The notes under the pieces: model-generated
Database searches by the model: none
Told to the model about the DNA's origin: nothing
Seen by the model: only the letters and a program-made list of their open reading frames with translations
Assembly: GCA_964629085.1 (NCBI GenBank)
Contig: CAZVPR010000011.1
Location: 2,776 to 66,775, forward strand
DNA: 64,000 bases
DNA from: an uncultured Anaerolineales bacterium
GTDB lineage: Bacteria > Chloroflexota > Anaerolineae > Anaerolineales > UBA11858
Direction of reading: 5' to 3'
Position numbers and translations under genes: made by a program
In this document: positions 9,537 to 18,740 of the stretch, piece after piece
Numbering within the stretch: the first letter of the stretch is position 1
How the letters are laid out: each line of letters begins with the position of its first letter

Positions 9537-10918
9537 TGGACAAAAAAAACGTTGTTATCGTAGGTGGTGGCATCACAGGGCTGAGTGCAGCCTGGGAGTT
9601 GCAGAAACACGCCCGAGGTAGAGTTAGTTTTTCTCTATTAGAGCGGGAAAATTATTGGGGTGGTAAGGTCGTTACAAAAAGAATCACCACAAAAGAAGGA
9701 GATGCAATCATCATCGATGGTGGTCCTGAATCCTTTGTGACGCGCAAGCCTGATGTGTGGGAATTAGCTCAAGAAGTTGGGGTACAGGATAAAGTGGTGG
9801 ATCCTGGCAGCGAGACTAGTCACATGTTTGTGCTCGATAATGGTCAACCTGTTGCTGTGCCCCTTAGTCCTGTGGCCTTCATTCGATCCCCGTTGATGAG
9901 CGCCCGTGGAAAGCTGCGCATGTTGGCTGAACCCTTAGTCAAACCAAAGCGTGATGATGAAGATGAGTCCCTGGCTGAGTTTGCCAGCCGGCGATTGGGC
10001 GTTGAAGCCATGGAAAAGTTCATTGGGCCCATCCTGGCTGGAATCTACAACACGGATCCTCATCGGCAAAGTATCCTGACAACCTCTCCAATCATGCGCG
10101 AGATGGAGGCCGAATATGGCGGTCTGTTCAAAGGGGCATTGGGGCGCATGCGAGAGGCAAAAAGCCAAAATAGTGTAGAAAAACCACCCCGTTTTATCGC
10201 TTTTGAAAACGGTGCCCAAGATTTGGTTACTGCCATTGCAGATAATTTGAATGGTGATTTACGCTTGAGTGCAGAAGTGCAACTGATTGAAGCTACCAAA
10301 AGTGGATATTGTGTTCAGACCGAAAATGGAGAGATTCCAGCCGATGCATTGATCATAGCGTCCCCGGCCAATTCAGCGGCGCAAATGCTGGCTAACGCCA
10401 GTGTCGAAGTGGCAGGATTGATGTCTCGTATTCGCCATGAAAACATCGGTACGATTTCGTTGGTTTTTCGGGTGCACGATATTTCTATGTCACAGCGCAT
10501 TCATGGCATGATGGTGCCTCGCCGGGAAAATCGGCAGATTGATGCTGTAACCTTTACTTCATTGAAAATGCCAACGCGGGCGCCAGAAGGATACATGGTT
10601 GTGCGGGTGTTTATAGGTGGTGGTGCACCTGAGATTGTCGATTGGAATGATGCTGAGCTTATAAAAATTGTACGACAAGAATTGGCTGACTTGCTAGAAA
10701 TTCGGGCTGAACCCATCGACACGGTGATTTTCCGTTGGCCCAGATCGTTTCCTCAGGCAGATGTTGGTCATCTCGACCTTGTCGCCGAAATTGAAAAGAA
10801 ATTACTTCCTGGGATTTTTCTGGCGGGAAGTTCGTATCGTGGTATTGGTGTTCCTGATTGCATTCGCCAGGGACAAGAAGCAGCCAGAAATGTGTTGAAT
10901 CATCTCGAAACCCTTTGA
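9533..10918 (+). CDS. hemY: Protoporphyrinogen/coproporphyrinogen III oxidase (HemY/CgoX type, FAD-dependent)
   Basis: N-terminal dinucleotide fold VVIVGGGITGLSAAWEL. 461 aa with HemY-like overall pattern and C-terminal GSSYRGIGVPDCI. ATGATG overlap with the hemH stop. Confidence 0.88.
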   Translation: MMDKKNVVIVGGGITGLSAAWELQKHARGRVSFSLLERENYWGGKVVTKRITTKEGDAIIIDGGPESFVTRKPDVWELAQEVGVQDKVVDPGSETSHMFVLDNGQPVAVPLSPVAFIRSPLMSARGKLRMLAEPLVKPKRDDEDESLAEFASRRLGVEAMEKFIGPILAGIYNTDPHRQSILTTSPIMREMEAEYGGLFKGALGRMREAKSQNSVEKPPRFIAFENGAQDLVTAIADNLNGDLRLSAEVQLIEATKSGYCVQTENGEIPADALIIASPANSAAQMLANASVEVAGLMSRIRHENIGTISLVFRVHDISMSQRIHGMMVPRRENRQIDAVTFTSLKMPTRAPEGYMVVRVFIGGGAPEIVDWNDAELIKIVRQELADLLEIRAEPIDTVIFRWPRSFPQADVGHLDLVAEIEKKLLPGIFLAGSSYRGIGVPDCIRQGQEAARNVLNHLETL

Positions 10919-10959
10919 GATGTTTTTGTAAAAATTCACTTTTATGAGAGGAAGAAATT

Positions 10960-12288
10960 ATGAAAACTGTAGGACGTATTCTTAATAATATCCGGCTGGC
11001 TTTCTTTCCGATTGCCTATGGCCTCAGCGGTGCTTTGATCGGTGGTACTTTGAACCGCGTCATGATCGCTGATATGGGCCTTCCCGCCTCCTTGGTCGGG
11101 CTATTCTTTGCCGTGCCATTGCTGGTATCGCCTGTGCGAGTCTGGTTAGGATACCGTTCGGATGGATTCCCCATTTTCGGTCGCCGCCGGGAGCCTTACA
11201 TTGTCCTGGGTGCTCTGATAATTGGACTGGGTATAATTTCGGCAACGATGTTATCGGTCAAAATAGCACAAGCATCCGCGGTACTGATCGTGGGTGGCTT
11301 GGTAGCCTTCATTATATATGGGATTGGTCGCAATTTGGGGCACAATACTTTCCAGGCTTTGTTGTCCGACCGTTTTAGCGGGGATCAAAAAGCTCGCGCT
11401 ATCACCCTTTATGAAGTAGCTACCTTGCTGGGTTTGGTGATGGGTGCAGGCGGTCTGGGTTCTGCTTTTGAAGAATACGATCCAGCTCGCTTGGTAAGCG
11501 TTGCTATTGGGGTTGCTATAATCGTGTTGATTTTAGCGACCTTTGCTGCTCTCTGGCAGGAGCCGCGCGACGAGAAATTGCAAGCCGCGGCCGAAAAAGC
11601 GAAAGAGATTCCTTTCAGCCGGGTTCTCAAGGATTATGTTATTGTTGATCCCCAGGTTCGAACCTTTTTTGTATTGGTTTTCTTTACTTTTGTGGGGACT
11701 CTGGCTCAAGATGTGCTTCTGGAGCCCTATGGCGCTCTCGTGTTAGATATGTCCGTTGGTGATACTACCCGTTTGACAGCCTTTTGGGGGGTGGGTGTGA
11801 TGATTTCAATGCTGCTTTCCGGGGCAATTCTGATCAAAGTGTTGGGTTACATGCGCCTGATGCGGATAGGAATGATTTCCAGCATTGCTGTTTTCATTGG
11901 ATTGATTGTGACAGGGGTGATGGGAAGTCCTGGTATTTTTAGAGCATTGGTCTTTGTTATGGGACTCGGAACAGGGCTGGCTGGAGCTGGAATGCTTACA
12001 GGGGTTATTTCCTTCACTACCGCCATCCGAGCGGGTATGTTGATGGGCGTATGGGGTGTGGCTAATATGGTAGGGCATGCCTTCGGCAGCTTGATGGGTG
12101 GTGGAATTGTCGATTTGGTGCGCGGCGTAACGGGAGGCAATGCTTTTGCAGCCTATGCGACCGTGTTTGCCTTAGAAATTGCTATGCTGGTGATCGCATT
12201 ATATCTCTCTACGAAGCTGGAGGTAAAAGAGTCTCAGGCCTATGTGGAGGAGCAAACCCTGGTTGGTAGCGAGGCCGCAGCAAACTAA
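10960..12288 (+). CDS. MFS transporter of the PucC/LhaA/BCD family
   Basis: 12-TM-like protein. N-terminal signature GGTLNRVMIADMGLPASLVGLFFAVPLLVSPVRVWLGYRSD...GRRREPYI closely resembles the PucC/LhaA family pattern as I recall it. Confidence 0.8.
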   Translation: MKTVGRILNNIRLAFFPIAYGLSGALIGGTLNRVMIADMGLPASLVGLFFAVPLLVSPVRVWLGYRSDGFPIFGRRREPYIVLGALIIGLGIISATMLSVKIAQASAVLIVGGLVAFIIYGIGRNLGHNTFQALLSDRFSGDQKARAITLYEVATLLGLVMGAGGLGSAFEEYDPARLVSVAIGVAIIVLILATFAALWQEPRDEKLQAAAEKAKEIPFSRVLKDYVIVDPQVRTFFVLVFFTFVGTLAQDVLLEPYGALVLDMSVGDTTRLTAFWGVGVMISMLLSGAILIKVLGYMRLMRIGMISSIAVFIGLIVTGVMGSPGIFRALVFVMGLGTGLAGAGMLTGVISFTTAIRAGMLMGVWGVANMVGHAFGSLMGGGIVDLVRGVTGGNAFAAYATVFALEIAMLVIALYLSTKLEVKESQAYVEEQTLVGSEAAAN

Positions 12289-12321
12289 GAAGATTCTTTT
12301 TCAAACAATCGATATTAACGG

Positions 12322-12358
12322 ATGGCTATTTGCGATGAAATCGTGAATAGCCATTTTA
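12322..12358 (+). terminator. Rho-independent terminator after the MFS gene
   Basis: atggctatt (12322-12330) pairs with aatagccat (12346-12354), followed by tttt. Confidence 0.7.
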
Positions 12359-12451
12359 ATTTGACCGTTTTTTATCCAAAATAGGCATAATTAAACACGA
12401 ATTTGTAAAAGAACTGCAAGGAAAAATGCGGGGGAATTCGGACAATTTCAC

Positions 12452-12480
12452 TTGCATTTAAGGGATATTTCGTATATACT
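12452..12480 (+). promoter_or_regulatory. Sigma-70-type promoter of the dcw operon (Pmra)
   Basis: TTGCAT (12452-12457), exact 17-nt spacer, TATACT (12475-12480). Sits 80 nt upstream of mraZ. Confidence 0.6.
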
Positions 12481-12514
12481 GTGTGTGATTGTGGGGAGAA
12501 GTGGTATGAAGTGG
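12481..12514 (+). promoter_or_regulatory. Phased GTG(G/T) direct repeats, candidate MraZ operator
   Basis: Four consecutive 10-bp units each starting with GTGT/GTGG: GTGTGTGATT GTGGGGAGAA GTGGTATGAA GTGGCGCGCC. They lie immediately downstream of the -10 box. This matches the known MraZ operator logic (short G-rich direct repeats with 10-bp periodicity). Confidence 0.6.
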
Positions 12515-12560
12515 CGCGCCGGGAAACCGGCGTGCGGTTGTTAATGGAGTTTTAGAACAA

Positions 12561-12989
12561 ATGTTTTTGGGTCAGTACCGTCATTCGCTCGATGATAAAG
12601 GAAGATTGACAATTCCCGCGAAATACCGGGAAGAGTTGTCGAATGGCGCCTATTTAACTCAGGGTTTTGACCAAAATTTACGATTGTTGACCGAGTTGGC
12701 ATTTCGTTCTGTTTATGACAAGCTTAGTCAGATGAATACTACCGATCCCGCGGCACGCGAACTGCGAAGATTGGTTTTTGCTTCTGCGAGCCAGGTTGCA
12801 TTGGATAGCGTCGGCCGAATTCTGATTCCTCAATTTTTGCGGGATGTGGCTGAATTGGCTAACGAGGTGGTAATAGTTGGTGTGGGAGAGGCGATTGAAA
12901 TTTGGTCGCCCGAAGCTTGGGGTAGTCAGGTTACTCTATTGGGCAACGTAGATGCTAACTCCCTGCGGTTTGTTGACTTAGACCTGTAA
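12561..12989 (+). CDS. mraZ: Transcriptional regulator MraZ
   Basis: 142 aa with two DxxGR-type SpoVT/AbrB-like repeats (LDDKGRLTIP, LDSVGRILIP). First gene of the dcw cluster. Confidence 0.95.
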   Translation: MFLGQYRHSLDDKGRLTIPAKYREELSNGAYLTQGFDQNLRLLTELAFRSVYDKLSQMNTTDPAARELRRLVFASASQVALDSVGRILIPQFLRDVAELANEVVIVGVGEAIEIWSPEAWGSQVTLLGNVDANSLRFVDLDL

Positions 12990-13069
12990 GGCGTGTTTTT
13001 GCTGGGTAGTTGGATAGTTTGGACAGAATCTCTCTCCAGCTATTAAGGCCACTAACAATATAAGATACG

Positions 13070-13981
13070 ATGCATGAACCAGTACTTTACCAAGAAATTA
13101 TACACGCATTGCGGCCTCGCGATGGAGGATTCTATGTGGATGGTACAGTCGGTGCGGGTGGGCATGCAAGAGGATTATTAGAAAGTAGCTCACCAACAGG
13201 GCAGCTATTGGGCTTGGATCTTGACCCCCAGGCATTAGATTTGGCACAAAAAAATCTGACGCCGTTCGGGAGTCGAGTTTCTCTGATCAATGCCTCGTAC
13301 CTTACATTAAAACAGCAACTTGGGCGGCTCAATTGGAAAGAAGTTGATGGTATTGTTCTGGATTTGGGGTTGTCCTCAATGCAGTTGGATACCCCAGAAC
13401 GAGGATTTTCATTTCGTTTTGATGGCCCTTTGGACATGAGGTTTAACCCGGAAAGTGATGTTCATGCGGCAGATATAGTCAATTCTTTGGATGAAAATGA
13501 CCTTGCTGACTTAATTTATCGCTATGGAGAGGAACGGCGTTCTCGCAGGATCGCCAGGGCGATTGTTAAATCTCGACCAATAGAATCTACTCACCAGTTG
13601 GCCGAGATAATTACTAAAGTTATGCCCAAAAGTAAATCGCGGCTTCATCCGGCAACTCGCACTTTCCAAGCGCTTAGAATTGCGACGAACGATGAGCTTG
13701 ATTCTGTGCGAAAGATTCTTCCTACAGCCGTGTCAGCATTAGCCCCGAAGGGCCGGCTTGCTGTAATATCATTCCATTCTTTGGAGGATCGGTTAGTGAA
13801 ACAGTTTTTTCGAAAGGAAAGTCAGGACTGCATCTGCCCACCTGAGAGACCAGTGTGTACTTGTGAACACCGTGCGAGTATCCTGAGAATCACTCGTAAG
13901 CCCATTTTTCCTTATCAGGATGAGATTCTTAAAAACCCTCGGGCGCGTAGTGCTCGATTACGAGTGGTAGAGAAATTGTGA
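13070..13981 (+). CDS. rsmH: 16S rRNA (cytosine1402-N4)-methyltransferase RsmH
   Basis: DGTVGAGGHA SAM motif, DLGLSSMQLD, SFHSLEDR. Canonical position after mraZ. Confidence 0.95.
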   Translation: MHEPVLYQEIIHALRPRDGGFYVDGTVGAGGHARGLLESSSPTGQLLGLDLDPQALDLAQKNLTPFGSRVSLINASYLTLKQQLGRLNWKEVDGIVLDLGLSSMQLDTPERGFSFRFDGPLDMRFNPESDVHAADIVNSLDENDLADLIYRYGEERRSRRIARAIVKSRPIESTHQLAEIITKVMPKSKSRLHPATRTFQALRIATNDELDSVRKILPTAVSALAPKGRLAVISFHSLEDRLVKQFFRKESQDCICPPERPVCTCEHRASILRITRKPIFPYQDEILKNPRARSARLRVVEKL

Positions 13982-14065
13982 CGTGAAACGGGCATGAGAC
14001 TTGCATGCCATCTGTTGATGGAATTTTACTGGATGCTTACCCAAGCAAAGAAGTGATTCGAAAAT

Positions 14066-14545
14066 ATGGACCATCTTCGAAATTTCACGCAAGCCTATTC
14101 ACAAGCTCCCTGGCGAAAACAGCTCCAGATAATTGGTGCTTTTTTATCAATTCTGGTGGTTTTCTTGGTAGCGGCCAGTATTTTTATTAGCGTTACTTCA
14201 CAAACCGCGGCTGTTGGGAAAGAAATACAACGAAATAGATTGCGGGCTGAAGCCTTGGAATTGGAAATTGCCAATATGCGATCGCGGATTGCAACGTTGA
14301 CTTCGGTGGCGACGATGAAGCAAAGAGCAATCGACATGGGTTTCCGGCCAGCAACCAAGGAAGATATCATTTATGTTGAAGTTCCTGGTTATGCCGGGAA
14401 TACAGTAATGGACTTGTTGCCTGCCAGTCAGGCCGTAAATGTAGGCAGGCCTGAGCTTTCTCCTGCATTTACGGAGACCTGGGTAGATTGGTTTTCTAAG
14501 CAATTTCGGAGACCAATAGTATCTTTGGAAAATTCACTGCCATGA
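14066..14545 (+). CDS. FtsL-like cell division protein (bitopic, coiled-coil)
   Basis: Single TM helix (IIGAFLSILVVFLVAASIFISV) followed by a coiled-coil (RLRAEALELEIANMRSRIATL). Positioned between rsmH and ftsI, with an ATGA overlap to ftsI. Call rests on position and architecture, not sequence identity. Confidence 0.6.
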   Translation: MDHLRNFTQAYSQAPWRKQLQIIGAFLSILVVFLVAASIFISVTSQTAAVGKEIQRNRLRAEALELEIANMRSRIATLTSVATMKQRAIDMGFRPATKEDIIYVEVPGYAGNTVMDLLPASQAVNVGRPELSPAFTETWVDWFSKQFRRPIVSLENSLP

Positions 14546-16299
14546 ATCCTAACCTCGGATTTCGCTTTTTGAGTACAGGAATTGCTTTTGCCTTTGTTGG
14601 TTTGGCAATTATTGCGCGTCTGGTTCAGATTCAAGTGGGCCCGCCCAATGAAGTGATTTCGGAAGTTGAAGAGGATGATGGCATTGAGTTGCTTACACTT
14701 GTCCCAGAACGCGGGGATATCTTTGATCGCAAGGGTCGTCTATTGGCAGCCAGCCAACTTATTTATGAAGTGGCGATTGACTTGAACAATGTCAGGAATC
14801 CGGAAACAATAGCTCTGGCTACCAGCGTTGAGCTTGGGTTGGAATATCAAGATGTACTTGAAAAAGCCAGTAGAAATCCGGCAGAAGAAGATCAAAAACA
14901 CATAACCCTGTACTACTTTGTTCCCTATGAGGATGCCCAAAGTCTCCTGGCATTAAAGGAGCATATATCTGATAAACCCGAAGAAGCTGGTGTTAGTACC
15001 AGTGGTTGGCAGCACAGTTTGAGTGGATTAGTAATAACCCCCCGATTAGATCGAAGCTACCCTGAAGGTGATCTTGGCTCAAATTTCCTGGGTTTCGTAA
15101 ACAAGGAAGGGGTCAGTATTCATGGGGTGGAAGAGGAATTACACTGGCTGCTATCTGGCGTAAAAAAGCAAGAGCGAATTCCCACCGATCCTTACCGAGC
15201 ATTAGAACTACCCAATATTCCAGATGGAGCCGATCTGGTTCTTACCATTGATCGCGAAATCCAGGATAGCATGGAAGACCTTCTCGATACACACATTGAG
15301 AAGAGCGGGGCTTTCTCTGGAACGATTATTGTCATGCATCCAAAAACCGGCGAAATCCTTGCAATGGCATCAAACCCGAGGATGGATCTTTTTGGTGATT
15401 GGCAGATTGAAAATACATTCCAGGAAGGTCATGTTTTCAATATGGCATTGGATATCTATGAGCCAGGATCTGTGTTCAAAATCATCACAATGTCGGCTGC
15501 TCTGGATGCTGGTGTAGCCACTCCAGAAACAGGATTTGTTGATGAAGGTGGCTTTCCTATTGATGGATTTGTTATTCGCAATTGGAATAGTGGTGCATGG
15601 GGGCCGCAAACTATGACGACCTGTATGGAGCATTCGTTGAATGTTTGTCTGGCTCATGTCGCTGTAGATTTGTTAGGCCCTACTCGTTTCTATAATTATG
15701 TTAAGGCGTTCCAATTTGGCCAACCAACTGGAATTGAGTTGGCCAGAGAATATTCAGGGCTGTTTCGAACTCCAGGTGATTCCGATTGGCGAGAAATTGA
15801 TCTTGCGACAAATTCTTACGGACAGGGTATTAATGTTACCCCCTTGCAGATGTTGAGAGCTGTTTCGGCTGTTGCTAACGAAGGGAATATGGTAACGCCT
15901 CATATTCTAAAAGCGGTCATCAATCAGGGTCATCATTATACGATTGATCCAGAAATTGCTGGCTCCCCCATCTCAGCTGAAACAGCTCGTACAATGTCGG
16001 AAATGCTGGCAACAATTGTTGAAAGCGAATCCTATACAGAAATGAGTAATGATTATGGAGTTGCTGGAAAGACTGGCACCGGTACGATTTATGATACTCA
16101 TCTTACGAACACATCATTTATTGGATGGGCACCGGTTGATGACCCTCAATTTATGGTTTACATCTGGTTGAATAAGCCTACTGTATCCCCATGGGCTTCC
16201 CTTGTGACAGGACCAATTTTCCGAGATGCAGTGGATCAATTGGTAGTTTTATTAGATATTCCTCCTGATGTAGTGCGTTTGAGCATGGCTGCGGAATAG
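14542..16299 (+). CDS. ftsI: Penicillin-binding protein (class B transpeptidase, FtsI/PBP2-like)
   Basis: N-terminal TM helix plus a transpeptidase domain with SxxK (GSVFK), SxN (HSLN) and KTG (GKTGTG). Confidence 0.9.
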   Translation: MNPNLGFRFLSTGIAFAFVGLAIIARLVQIQVGPPNEVISEVEEDDGIELLTLVPERGDIFDRKGRLLAASQLIYEVAIDLNNVRNPETIALATSVELGLEYQDVLEKASRNPAEEDQKHITLYYFVPYEDAQSLLALKEHISDKPEEAGVSTSGWQHSLSGLVITPRLDRSYPEGDLGSNFLGFVNKEGVSIHGVEEELHWLLSGVKKQERIPTDPYRALELPNIPDGADLVLTIDREIQDSMEDLLDTHIEKSGAFSGTIIVMHPKTGEILAMASNPRMDLFGDWQIENTFQEGHVFNMALDIYEPGSVFKIITMSAALDAGVATPETGFVDEGGFPIDGFVIRNWNSGAWGPQTMTTCMEHSLNVCLAHVAVDLLGPTRFYNYVKAFQFGQPTGIELAREYSGLFRTPGDSDWREIDLATNSYGQGINVTPLQMLRAVSAVANEGNMVTPHILKAVINQGHHYTIDPEIAGSPISAETARTMSEMLATIVESESYTEMSNDYGVAGKTGTGTIYDTHLTNTSFIGWAPVDDPQFMVYIWLNKPTVSPWASLVTGPIFRDAVDQLVVLLDIPPDVVRLSMAAE

Positions 16300-16308
16300 A
16301 TTAGTACT

Positions 16309-17730
16309 ATGCTTACTTTGGTAGATATTCTTTGTGCTCTGGTCGATAAAAGGCCACCTTGGGCAAATCAGGTAATAACTGATGCTGTTATTGACTCGCG
16401 GCAAGTAATTCCTGGTGCACTATTTGTAGCCATGCCCGGAGAAAAAGTTGATGGCCATGATTTTGTGGGTGCTGCCTTTGATCAGGGAGCCAGTATTGCA
16501 TTAGTACAGCGAGATTTGCCAGAAGAGATTTCCGTCCTGGATTTACGCACAGGTCAGAATTCATCATTTGATTCGCCGCATGATGTTCCATTCGCTTTGC
16601 GAGTAGAAGACACGCTCAAAGCATTGCAACAAATTGCTGGATTCTGGCGGGATCAGTATGATATCCGGGTTATAGGAATTACTGGCAGTGTGGGCAAATC
16701 GACGACCAAGGAATTGGTCGCAACAGTATTAGAGCAGCGCTTCAGTACGCTAAAGAATGCAGGCAATCTAAACAACGAAATTGGATTGCCATTGACATTG
16801 TTGCGATTGAGTCCAGGACACCGCCGAGCCGTGTTGGAAATGGGGTTATATGTACCTGGAGAAATTGCCCTCCTTTGTGATCTGGCTAAACCTCAGGTTG
16901 GTGTAATTACAAATGTGGGCACCGTACATGCTGAACGAGCTGGCTCACAGGAGGCCATAGCCAAAGGAAAGGCTGAACTGGTCGAGGCCTTGCCTTCATC
17001 CCCAGATGGAGTGGCCATTTTGAATTTGGATGATCCCTGGGTAAAAGAAATGGCCGAGAAAACCCAGGCCAAGGTTTTCTATTATGGTCTAGACCCACAG
17101 GCTGATCTTTGGGCCGACCAAGTAGAAGGTTTGGGTTTAGATGGAATTCGATTTCGATTGCACTACCGCAGCGAGGTTCTCCATTTGCGTGTGCCATTAA
17201 TCGGACGCCATTCCGTTCACACCGCTTTGCGAGCCACAGCTGTTGGGCTTGTGGAGGGAATGACCTGGCAAGAAATCATCAATGGTTTGCGTTCGGGTCA
17301 TACACAGTTGCGTCTCGTAGCTGTGCGGTCTGACAGTGGGGCATTATTGTTGGACGATACCTATAACGCGTCCCCCCAATCAACATTGGCAGCACTAAAC
17401 ATGCTTTCTGAAATGAAGGGCCGAAAAGTTGCTGTGTTAGGTGATATGCTGGAATTGGGGCCTTATGAATACAGCGGACACTGGAAAGTTGGTATTCGGG
17501 CTGCATCCGTTGCCGATGTATTGATCACCATTGGGGAGAGAAGCCAAACAATTTCCGAAGCTGCTCGTCAGACTGGCTTTCCTCTGAAAAAATTGAATGA
17601 GTTTGAAAATGCTCAACAAGCGGTTGATCATCTGCGCGATATCTTGCGTGATGATGATATCGTCCTGGTCAAAGGGTCGCGAGGCATGCACATGGATCGA
17701 ATTGTGGCTAATTTGGAGGCGCGCCAATGA
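16309..17730 (+). CDS. murF: UDP-N-acetylmuramoyl-tripeptide--D-alanyl-D-alanine ligase MurF
   Basis: DSRQVIPGALFVAMPGEKVDGHDF, P-loop GITGSVGKSTTKE, C-terminal LVKGSRGMHMDRIV. These are MurF-type features, not MurE-type. Confidence 0.92.
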   Translation: MLTLVDILCALVDKRPPWANQVITDAVIDSRQVIPGALFVAMPGEKVDGHDFVGAAFDQGASIALVQRDLPEEISVLDLRTGQNSSFDSPHDVPFALRVEDTLKALQQIAGFWRDQYDIRVIGITGSVGKSTTKELVATVLEQRFSTLKNAGNLNNEIGLPLTLLRLSPGHRRAVLEMGLYVPGEIALLCDLAKPQVGVITNVGTVHAERAGSQEAIAKGKAELVEALPSSPDGVAILNLDDPWVKEMAEKTQAKVFYYGLDPQADLWADQVEGLGLDGIRFRLHYRSEVLHLRVPLIGRHSVHTALRATAVGLVEGMTWQEIINGLRSGHTQLRLVAVRSDSGALLLDDTYNASPQSTLAALNMLSEMKGRKVAVLGDMLELGPYEYSGHWKVGIRAASVADVLITIGERSQTISEAARQTGFPLKKLNEFENAQQAVDHLRDILRDDDIVLVKGSRGMHMDRIVANLEARQ

Positions 17731-18737
17731 ACTCAACCACCGTTTCACTGGCGCTGGCAGGGTTCAGTTTTTTGCTGACTGTCATTTGGGGAAGTCCGTT
17801 GTTGCGCATATTAAGGAATTTCAAGGTGGGCGAAACAATTCGCATGGATGGACCCGAGAGACATTTCTCCAAGATTGGGACCCCAACGATGGGCGGCGTC
17901 ATGGTGGTCTTGCCTGTTGCTTTGATCACAATTTTGCTCAATGCGGCTTCTTTGATCGGCCCTACAGAATTCTTAGGAAATTCTGTCTTACTGCCATTAG
18001 GCGTAATGATTTCATATGCCATTCTCGGCGCTGTGGATGATTGGGCAGGATTACGTGGGAAACGGCGTGGTGAGGGGATGCGTGCACGAACAAAATTCAT
18101 TGTCCAGGTTTTGATTTCATTTTGGGCTTCTTACGCTTTGTATCAGCTTTTGGATGCGCCGCATCTTTATTTACCTGGTTTCCATATTGAATTCAAGGTA
18201 GGCCTTTGGTATATCCCCATCGCTATGTTCATCATTGTGGGATTTTCTAACGCTGTGAATTTGACGGATGGCCTGGATGGGTTGTCTGGATTGATTGCTG
18301 CAACAGCTTTCGTTGCCTATGGTGGCATAGCCATCTTGCAAGGACAGATCTTTGTAGCAAGATTCTGCTTTACGCTGGTCGGAGCCCTTTTTGGATTTCT
18401 TTGGTTCAATGTTCATCCGGCTGAATTGTTCATGGGTGATACCGGCTCGCTTAGCCTTGGTGCTACGCTAGCCGTGGTGGCTTTGATGACAGGTCAATGG
18501 GCGGTATTGCCAATCATCGCCATTATTCCTGTCAGCATAACGTTGAGTTCGATGATCCAGGTTGGATATTTCAAGCTTACGAAACGACTGTTTGGGGAAG
18601 GGCGACGATTTTTCAAAATGGCTCCTTTGCACCACCATTTCGAGTTGTCTGGTTGGAGCGAGACTCAGGTGGTTCAACGTTTTTGGTTGATTAGCTTAAT
18701 TGCTGCAATGATAGGCGTGGCTTTGGCGGTGGCATAA
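17727..18737 (+). CDS. mraY: Phospho-N-acetylmuramoyl-pentapeptide transferase MraY
   Basis: Polytopic membrane protein with NAVNLTDGLDGL and MGDTGSLSLG motifs. ATGA overlap with the murF stop. Confidence 0.95.
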   Translation: MNSTTVSLALAGFSFLLTVIWGSPLLRILRNFKVGETIRMDGPERHFSKIGTPTMGGVMVVLPVALITILLNAASLIGPTEFLGNSVLLPLGVMISYAILGAVDDWAGLRGKRRGEGMRARTKFIVQVLISFWASYALYQLLDAPHLYLPGFHIEFKVGLWYIPIAMFIIVGFSNAVNLTDGLDGLSGLIAATAFVAYGGIAILQGQIFVARFCFTLVGALFGFLWFNVHPAELFMGDTGSLSLGATLAVVALMTGQWAVLPIIAIIPVSITLSSMIQVGYFKLTKRLFGEGRRFFKMAPLHHHFELSGWSETQVVQRFWLISLIAAMIGVALAVA

Positions 18738-18740
18738 GGT

